Virus record (IMG/VR): IMGVR_UViG_2548877011_000005
Length of the DNA: 12,480 nt
Direction: 5' to 3' (one strand)
Source of the DNA: a virus
Taxonomy: Duplodnaviria > Heunggongvirae > Uroviricota > Caudoviricetes
Shown here piece by piece: positions 7,168 through 12,480 of this stretch. Position 1 is the first letter of the stretch. Each line of letters opens with the position of its first letter. Both the position numbers and the translations under genes were made by a program. The notes beneath the pieces were generated by a model, which made no database searches, was not told the DNA's origin, and was given only the letters and a program-made list of their open reading frames with translations.

Positions 7168-8070
7168 AGTGCCTCCTCTGACATTACTGTTCAGCGCCGT
7201 GGCCATCACACTGATGGCATCCGACGCATTGACTAATTCATCCGCCAGCCCGGCATCAATGCCGGACTGACCTTCAAAAACGGCGGCCTCTGTTCCCGTG
7301 ACGGCATCAACAGACAGACCGGTAAACATCGCCACTTTTTCGGCAAACATCCGGCGCGCCGCATCAATGCGCTGCTGCATGTCCTGGCGAACCTCTGCCG
7401 GTAAGGCTTCAAACTGATTGCCATCCACCTTGTGCGCCCCTGAGTAAATCAGCGTGATATCCACACCGGCCTGCGCCAGATGACCGGCATAGCTGACATG
7501 GCTCATCATCACGCCAATGGAGCCGATACGGGATGTCTGGGTAACCAGCCGTCGGGAGCAGGCCGACGCCAGCAGCATGGCTGCAGAACAGGCCGTGTCA
7601 TTGCACAGTGCCCAGACCGGCTTCTGCTGACGGAGGCGGTAAATCATGTCAGCGCAGTCAAACGCGCCGGCGGCCTGCCCGCCCGGACTGTCAATGTCCA
7701 GCAGTACGCCCCGCACCTGGCTATCCGCCATTGCCTGCTGAAGACAGGCGACAATACCGTCATAGCCTGTCATTCCGGAAAATGGCCGCATACCCCCCAG
7801 CCGGTGCACCAGCGTGCCGGTCACCGGCAGTACAGCAATACCGTTCACCACCCTGTAAACACGGGCCGGTCGTTTACCTCCGGCCATGTACTCGTCCGTT
7901 TCAGCCAGCATTCCGGGAGCATCAAACTGTACCTGCTGTTGTGGTACCGAAAGACTTGCTGCCCCCATCTCGCGCCCGAGCGCGCAAAAGAAAACCCGCG
8001 CATAGGCGGGCTCCAGAAGCAGCGGTTCATTGAATGCTGCGGCAATAATGTGTGAAAGATTACGTCTCAC
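6565..8070 (-). CDS. C: Prohead protease / scaffold gpC (S49 ClpP/SppA-like peptidase domain, 501 aa), GTG start
   Basis: Track ORF starting at GTG 8070-8068, overlapping the B stop (8060-8062), with GAGGAG upstream. N-terminus MRRNLSHIIAAAFNEPLLLEPAYARVFFCAL matches lambda gpC; central region ...VWALCNDTACSAAMLLASACSRRLVTQTSRIGSIGVMMSH... is the S49 peptidase core. Confidence 0.92.
   Translation of the reverse strand: MRRNLSHIIAAAFNEPLLLEPAYARVFFCALGREMGAASLSVPQQQVQFDAPGMLAETDEYMAGGKRPARVYRVVNGIAVLPVTGTLVHRLGGMRPFSGMTGYDGIVACLQQAMADSQVRGVLLDIDSPGGQAAGAFDCADMIYRLRQQKPVWALCNDTACSAAMLLASACSRRLVTQTSRIGSIGVMMSHVSYAGHLAQAGVDITLIYSGAHKVDGNQFEALPAEVRQDMQQRIDAARRMFAEKVAMFTGLSVDAVTGTEAAVFEGQSGIDAGLADELVNASDAISVMATALNSNVRGGTMPQLTATEAAAQENQRVMGILTCQEAKGREQLATMLAGQQGMSVEQARAILAAAAPQQPVASTQSEADRIMACEEANGREQLAATLAAMPEMTVEKARPILAASPQADAGPSLRDQIMALDEAKGAEAQAEQLAACPGMTVESARAVLAAGSGKAEPVSASTTALFERIMANHSPAAVQGGVPQTSADGDADVKMLMAMP
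6709..7122 (-). repeat. Three tandem, diverged copies of a ~37-53 aa module (~111-159 bp) in the scaffold region of C/Nu3
   Basis: Protein copies: RVMGILTCQEAKGREQLATMLAGQQGMSVEQARAILAAAAPQ (from aa317), RIMACEEANGREQLAATLAAMPEMTVEKARPILAASPQ (aa370), IMALDEAKGAEAQAEQLAACPGMTVESARAVLAAGSG (aa418). DNA copies are visibly related at about 6730-6830, 6840-6965 and 7000-7120. Confidence 0.75.
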
Positions 8071-9652
8071 GGGGTGTTGTCTCCTCTTCCGGCCTGCGAC
8101 TCTCCGCTATCTGCTGCTGATACGCCTGCGCTATCCACACCGGACGTGAGAGTCCGGCTTTTTGCCGCTCTGCAGATTCCCTGACCTGCTGGCGGAAAAT
8201 GTCCTGATAATCCTCGCCCATCAGCGCCAGCTCTTTCTCATACGTGCTCAGTCCGGCCTCAATGCGCATCACCGATTCCTGAACCTCCTTGAGCCCGTCA
8301 ATGGCCATTCTTCCGGCACCAATCCACTCTGCCCGTGACCAGGCTGATCGCGCCTGATAAAAATCAAAACGCGCCCGTGGCGGACGGATAATCCCCCGAA
8401 GAAGTGCCTCTTCCAGCCAGCAGGAAAACATCTGCGTGGCCAGCCGGGCCGCAATAAATTTTCGCCGCCCCATAAAATAGCGCCACGACTCATTGGCAGA
8501 GGCCCTGGCACTTGAATAACTGACCTTCGAGTAATCACGGGACAACTGTTCGTAGGAAACGCCAAGACCGGCGGCGATATACCGCAGCAGCGCCTGTTCA
8601 AGCGCCGAAAATCCATTGTCTGAATCCTGCGCAGTCTGTAGTTTCAGATCATCCCCGGGGAAAAGGTGCGGAATTTTGACACCGCCCAGCGTCACGCTAT
8701 TCGTGTCATACCAGGTGGAGAACTTATCCAGAATATTAATAAGCGGATTATCCTTCTGCCCCTGCGGCGCACCGGCGATATATTCAAAGGCCTTTTCGGT
8801 ATCAAGTTCACTTTCAATCGTCGCTGCATACATCGCCTTCACTATGGCCGACTGAAGCTGTGTTGCCTGCAGGGAATCGAGCATCTTCAGCCGTTCCATG
8901 ACGCTGTAAAACTGATTAGCCCCACGGGTCTGCCCGTCCTCCACCGGCTCGAAAATATGCAGCATGGCCGGACGCCCGGTGGGAAGTTCACGCGGGATCC
9001 GTTCCCATCGTCCACTCCCGGAGCGAGGAAAATCATCCTCACAGATATGGTACGCAACGGCACGGCCATATCGATCGACCTCCACCCCGGCCCGCAGAAA
9101 ACGGTTCCCCATACCGTGTCCTGGCGTGTCCACCCGTTTCGGACTCACGGCTTTAAAACGCGTACGGAATAACTGCGTGGTTTCCGTATCCCAGACCGGC
9201 TGCACAAAGATTTCGCCGTTAAACGCATGAACGCCCACACCTTCACGGATAAATTCCGTGAACGTGCGTTTTCCTTCCACGTCGATCTCGCCAGACATCC
9301 CTTCTGCGTATTCTGACCAGGCCGCCTCCACCTCATCGACAAAACTTTTTGCCGCGGTCTCCCGCATCCCCAGCCAGCGCCAGTTCGGACGGTAGCTAAT
9401 CAGAAACATATGCCCGACAATGTGATCCTTATGCAGGGCCACCGCATTGGCCGCTATTCCGTTATTGCGCACCAGATCATCTGCACGGGCATTCCCCAGA
9501 CGCAACGCGGGCAGCAGGGCCGCATCGGCACTCTGCGCCGGTGGCAACCACTCTGCCATTTGCCCGCCAAATCCTGCACCGCCACCGTTGTAGCTGAGGC
9601 TCTCCCGAAGCGGAACGCCGTTCACATCAATCAGGACAGGCGTTCGTTTCAT
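8060..9652 (-). CDS. B: Portal protein gpB (530 aa)
   Basis: ATG at 9652-9650 overlaps the W stop (9651-9649) as ATGA. Size and position (between W and C) match lambda gpB; translation MKRTPVLIDVNGVPLRESLSYNGGGAGFGGQMAEW... is portal-like. Confidence 0.95.
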   Translation of the reverse strand: MKRTPVLIDVNGVPLRESLSYNGGGAGFGGQMAEWLPPAQSADAALLPALRLGNARADDLVRNNGIAANAVALHKDHIVGHMFLISYRPNWRWLGMRETAAKSFVDEVEAAWSEYAEGMSGEIDVEGKRTFTEFIREGVGVHAFNGEIFVQPVWDTETTQLFRTRFKAVSPKRVDTPGHGMGNRFLRAGVEVDRYGRAVAYHICEDDFPRSGSGRWERIPRELPTGRPAMLHIFEPVEDGQTRGANQFYSVMERLKMLDSLQATQLQSAIVKAMYAATIESELDTEKAFEYIAGAPQGQKDNPLINILDKFSTWYDTNSVTLGGVKIPHLFPGDDLKLQTAQDSDNGFSALEQALLRYIAAGLGVSYEQLSRDYSKVSYSSARASANESWRYFMGRRKFIAARLATQMFSCWLEEALLRGIIRPPRARFDFYQARSAWSRAEWIGAGRMAIDGLKEVQESVMRIEAGLSTYEKELALMGEDYQDIFRQQVRESAERQKAGLSRPVWIAQAYQQQIAESRRPEEETTPRET

Positions 9653-9855
9653 AACCTCACTCCCAGCGGACGACGGCGACGGCGGGTTGTCCCCAGTACC
9701 GACTCCGCATCATTGATCGCCCGGTTAAGCTCATCCAGAGAAGCTGCCGTATATTCAATTCTGCGACCATCTTTCTGGACAGACACCACCCGTTTACCGG
9801 TTAATAAATCAAGGCGCGCCTGACGCAGCGCCTGCAGTTCAGCGACTGTAACCAT
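9649..9855 (-). CDS. W: Head-tail joining / DNA stabilisation protein gpW (68 aa)
   Basis: ATG at 9855-9853 with GGAGGAG upstream; overlaps the A 3' end by 17 nt. Translation [40 protein letters not shown]... resembles lambda gpW (TGKRVATVQKDGRRVEF). Confidence 0.9.
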   Translation of the reverse strand: MVTVAELQALRQARLDLLTGKRVVSVQKDGRRIEYTAASLDELNRAINDAESVLGTTRRRRRPLGVRL

Positions 9856-11767
9856 TCACTCCTCCGGACAGCTTCGCTGCCAGTTCTTTCAGGGTTGGCC
9901 GGGTCGTCTCTTCTTCCCGGGATTTTGCCAGTACAGCCAGATCAAGCTGCCAGCGTTGCACGGACACACGTAATGCCGCGTAGGCATACACCAGGCAGTC
10001 CAGCGCTTCGTTACGCCGCTTTTTGTTATCCCACAGCAGACGCATCTTTCCTTTTTCCCACTTCTCCACAAGCTCTTCCGCCACCAGTTGCTGCGCCTCT
10101 GTCTGCGAAAAAATCTCCGGATCATCAGGAAAACGGATGGCATACGACGTGGCTTCATCCGCAGGCGTGGGATCGGCTTTCATACGGGCATAGAGAATTT
10201 CTTTTGCGGTGTCCGTCCCCACTTCGCACAGATACACGCCCCACTGATTGCGGGTTTTTGGCATGGTGATCACCGGCTTGCCATAAACAGATGCACCTTT
10301 TACCGGCAGCACCCGGAAAACACCGTGTTTTTTTGACCTCTGATAGACAATTTCGCCATCGATCCCCCCGGTGTCCCAGCAGACACGGGAAATGGTCATT
10401 TCGGTTCCGTCTGCATGGCGGTATTTTTTGTTGATCGCCACATCCACACGTAACAGCGTCTCTTCCTCATCAGGACGCCCCATAATGATGATTTTATCCA
10501 CCAGAAAGGCTTCCTCTCCCGGAGCCCATCCCCAGACATACATCTCAAAACGGTTTCGCTGCGAGTCAATGCCCGCCGTCAGATAAACCACTCGGGAAGG
10601 CACCGCAGCCGTGTAACGCACAACCTTATCCATCAGCACCTGGTGATCGAGTTTTTCGCCCACGGCCTCTTCCCAGGTCTCGCCCAGCGTGGTGTTCACA
10701 AAGGTTTTCAGGCCGTTGGGATCTTTCAGTGCATCCAGCCAGTCATAGACAATCTGTACCCAGGTGGTGAACGGACTGTACGCCGTCCAGATATGGAATG
10801 TGATGGAGCGCGGCGGCGGAATTTCATCACCCCGGGCGCTGAAAAACATCAGGCCGTCACGGGTCCACATGCCCGTGTTTTCACAGATCCACCGCCCGTT
10901 ACTCTGGTCAAGCTCAGACTGATGGATCACACAGCCATGATGCTCACAAAGGTAGAAAACACTTTCTGGCTTATTCTTCTCCCACTTAAGACCGAAAGGC
11001 GAGGCATCATCGCCAAATTTCAGATACTGCTCCTCCCCACAGTGCGGACAGGGCACATAAAAACGCATGAAGTGTGCCGACTCGTTAGCGGCTTTTTCGA
11101 TCTGGCAGGAGCCTTTGATTTTAGGCGTCGAGCCGCGAATGGATTTTGGCCATACAGAGCCCTCAATACGTTTATCCCCCAGCAGGGTTGGCGAACCCTC
11201 TTTTTCAACATCCGGTTCGAACGAGGAAAGCTCGTCATAACAGACCACATCCACGGATTTTTCACGGTAGTTTTTTGCTGCCGCACCACCCAGACACCAG
11301 AACCCCACACCGGAGGAAAAACGCTTCAGGGTGAGCGTATTATCGCGGTGTTTTCTTCCGAACCATGGAGCCAGCTCCAGCAATGCAGGAACATCCCTTA
11401 TCGTTGGCTCAACATGAGATTTCATAAAATCTTCAGCAGCTGAGTCCGTGGGCTGAAAAAGAAGGCTGTTGCGTGATTTATGCTCAATAAAATAAGCCTC
11501 CACTCCCAGCAACATCTTTGTATAACCAACACGGGCAGATTTAATCAGGTTAACCGTGCGAATCAGATCGTTGCCCATACAGTTCATGATGCCAACCTGA
11601 AACGGCAGTGTTTCCCACCGCCCCGGGGTATAAGACGACTCTTTAGGAAGGTAATAATGTTTATTGGCCCACTGAACTGTCGTCAGTGGAACAGGAATAA
11701 TGAGAGATAAAAGCCCTGTAGCTATCGCACCGGCTGCATTAGCTGCCTTCTGCGCGTCTGAAATCAT
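9839..11767 (-). CDS. A: Terminase large subunit gpA (642 aa from the ATG at 11767; track ORF extends to 11809)
   Basis: Lambda gpA-like along its length ([72 protein letters not shown]). The ATG at 11767 has a GGTGGA Shine-Dalgarno and gives the same N-terminal length as lambda before YYLPKES; overlap with Nu1 is then 29 nt. Confidence 0.93.
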   Translation of the reverse strand: MISDAQKAANAAGAIATGLLSLIIPVPLTTVQWANKHYYLPKESSYTPGRWETLPFQVGIMNCMGNDLIRTVNLIKSARVGYTKMLLGVEAYFIEHKSRNSLLFQPTDSAAEDFMKSHVEPTIRDVPALLELAPWFGRKHRDNTLTLKRFSSGVGFWCLGGAAAKNYREKSVDVVCYDELSSFEPDVEKEGSPTLLGDKRIEGSVWPKSIRGSTPKIKGSCQIEKAANESAHFMRFYVPCPHCGEEQYLKFGDDASPFGLKWEKNKPESVFYLCEHHGCVIHQSELDQSNGRWICENTGMWTRDGLMFFSARGDEIPPPRSITFHIWTAYSPFTTWVQIVYDWLDALKDPNGLKTFVNTTLGETWEEAVGEKLDHQVLMDKVVRYTAAVPSRVVYLTAGIDSQRNRFEMYVWGWAPGEEAFLVDKIIIMGRPDEEETLLRVDVAINKKYRHADGTEMTISRVCWDTGGIDGEIVYQRSKKHGVFRVLPVKGASVYGKPVITMPKTRNQWGVYLCEVGTDTAKEILYARMKADPTPADEATSYAIRFPDDPEIFSQTEAQQLVAEELVEKWEKGKMRLLWDNKKRRNEALDCLVYAYAALRVSVQRWQLDLAVLAKSREEETTRPTLKELAAKLSGGVNGYSR

Positions 11768-12287
11768 CGATCCACCCGCCCACGTTTTCACCGGCCTTAG
11801 CTGAAACATTGGAGGCTTTCGCGATTTCAGTTTTCACCACATCAAGGTGTGATGGTGAAATGTCCGGATATTTACGCTGTAATGTCAACGGCACACGCAC
11901 AAGTATCCCCGAAATCTCCTGTGCCACACGTTGTAGAATGAAGGTAAACAGTTCAGTTTCCAGCACTACTCCGTCTTCACGGGCATTTTTCAGTTCCTGC
12001 GCATCTGCCTGCGCTTTTGTGAGTCGGTAGCGTTCATAGTCAATGGTGCCGGGTTGTAAATCTGACTCCGCTGCCGCACGCAAATCGTCCAGTTCTTTGC
12101 GGAGCTTTTCGTTTTCGATATCAGTTTCCCTCTGCGCATACCACTGAATTGCCATGGCAGTATCAAATACAGATTCAATGCCCTTACTACCTTTGGAGGC
12201 GCAAGGGAGTCCCTGAGACTGCCAGCGTTCAATCGTCCGCGGGTCCACGTTGAAAATTTCGGCAAGCCTCTTTTTATTAACCTTCAT
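11739..12287 (-). CDS. Nu1: Terminase small subunit gpNu1 (182 aa), N-terminal winged-HTH DNA-binding domain
   Basis: ATG at 12287-12285, about 190 nt from the cohesive end as in lambda. Translation [28 protein letters not shown]...[28 protein letters not shown] matches lambda Nu1 (MEVNKKQLADIF...RTIQNWQEQGMP...). Confidence 0.93.
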   Translation of the reverse strand: MKVNKKRLAEIFNVDPRTIERWQSQGLPCASKGSKGIESVFDTAMAIQWYAQRETDIENEKLRKELDDLRAAAESDLQPGTIDYERYRLTKAQADAQELKNAREDGVVLETELFTFILQRVAQEISGILVRVPLTLQRKYPDISPSHLDVVKTEIAKASNVSAKAGENVGGWIDDFRRAEGS

Positions 12288-12315
12288 GAAAACAACCCAT
12301 TATCAAATACAAGGC

Positions 12316-12326
12316 CCGACATGAAA
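12316..12326 (-). promoter_or_regulatory. Candidate terminase small-subunit binding repeat, R1-like position (ccgacatgaaa)
   Basis: Forms an 11-bp perfect inverted repeat with 12354-12364; about 151-161 nt from the cohesive end (lambda R1 is ~150-165 as I recall). Confidence 0.45.
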
Positions 12327-12353
12327 ACGCCAGAAAAAGGCATTTTCGGACAC

Positions 12354-12364
12354 TTTCATGTCGG
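12354..12364 (+). promoter_or_regulatory. Candidate terminase small-subunit binding repeat, R2-like position, inverted (tttcatgtcgg)
   Basis: Exact reverse complement of 12316-12326; about 113-123 nt from the cohesive end. Confidence 0.45.
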
Positions 12365-12416
12365 ACCTTTACGGATGCAATATTAAAGAAAAACAAAAAG
12401 TTATATTCGAGAAGTA

Positions 12417-12429
12417 CCGACACGATTTT
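12417..12429 (-). promoter_or_regulatory. Candidate terminase small-subunit binding repeat, R3-like position (ccgacacgatttt; partial match)
   Basis: Shares CCGACA-GA with the 12316 copy in the same orientation; about 48-60 nt from the cohesive end (lambda R3 is ~50-65 as I recall). Confidence 0.3.
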
Positions 12430-12464
12430 CCCTGAAAAATTTTCATAAATAGTGAAAAACCGCG

Positions 12465-12476
12465 AGGTCGCCGCCC
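12465..12476 (-). other. cosN: 12-nt cohesive-end sequence GGGCGGCGACCT (minus-strand reading), the terminase nicking site
   Basis: Plus-strand aggtcgccgccc at 12465-12476 is the reverse complement of the lambda cohesive end GGGCGGCGACCT. The following minus-strand bases (CGCGGTTTTTCACTATTTATGAAAATTTTTCAGGG) stay close to the lambda left end as I recall it. Confidence 0.85.
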
Positions 12477-12480
12477 CGTA

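Larger units (their letters stand above)
12288..12464 (-). promoter_or_regulatory. cosB-like terminase binding region between cosN and the Nu1 start
   Basis: Non-coding 177 bp between cosN and the Nu1 ATG. It holds three copies of a CCGACA(T/C)GA element in lambda R3/R2/R1-like orientation and spacing, plus an A-rich tract (12386-12400). Confidence 0.6.

Noticed and set aside
7480-8055. 191-aa plus-strand ORF, and the overlapping 141-aa ORF at 7608-8033
   Set aside because: Antisense to the protease gene C; Arg/Pro/Ala-rich nonsense-like translation.
8269-8616. 115-aa minus-strand ORF inside B in another frame, and similar same-strand alternate-frame ORFs at 9889-10158 and 11990-12265
   Set aside because: Fully embedded in alternate frames of portal, terminase and Nu1 genes, with no start context and Arg/Pro-rich composition; not coding.
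10643-11443. 266-aa plus-strand ORF
   Set aside because: Antisense to the large terminase gene A, whose translation is strongly lambda gpA-like; shadow ORF.
11768-11809. Longer N-terminus for A (656 aa starting at 11809)
   Set aside because: The ATG at 11767 has a better Shine-Dalgarno and reproduces the lambda gpA N-terminal length; the extension would overlap Nu1 by 71 nt. The longer form cannot be fully excluded.
12365-12416. A specific IHF site call in cosB
   Set aside because: The AT-rich tract is in the right place, but I could not find a convincing match to WATCAANNNNTTR by eye, so only the region is noted.

Overview
The whole window is the late virion-morphogenesis operon of a lambdoid (phage lambda-like) siphovirus, encoded entirely on the minus strand in canonical lambda order. 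Reading from the right end of the window: cosN/cosB, Nu1 (small terminase), A (large terminase), W, B (portal), C (prohead protease, with a nested in-frame Nu3-like scaffold start), D (decoration), E (major capsid), FI, FII, Z, U, V (major tail), G and G-T (-1 frameshift fusion), and the first 581 codons of H (tape measure), which runs off the window start. Gene calls rest on the supplied translations, which I recognise as lambda homologues from memory; no search was run. Genes are tightly packed, often with overlapping stop/start codons, and every plus-strand ORF in the track is an antisense shadow. I found no tRNA/rRNA, no CRISPR array, no mobile element and no inserted cargo or defence genes, so I do not see a previously undescribed system here. 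The points worth a second look are: a three-fold tandem repeat in the scaffold part of C where lambda has one copy as I recall it; a perfect 22-bp palindrome between D and E; a hairpin plus T-tract between E and FI; a cos region with lambda-like geometry but different candidate terminase-binding repeats; read-through across cosN; and apparent mosaicism (tail genes close to lambda, head genes diverged).
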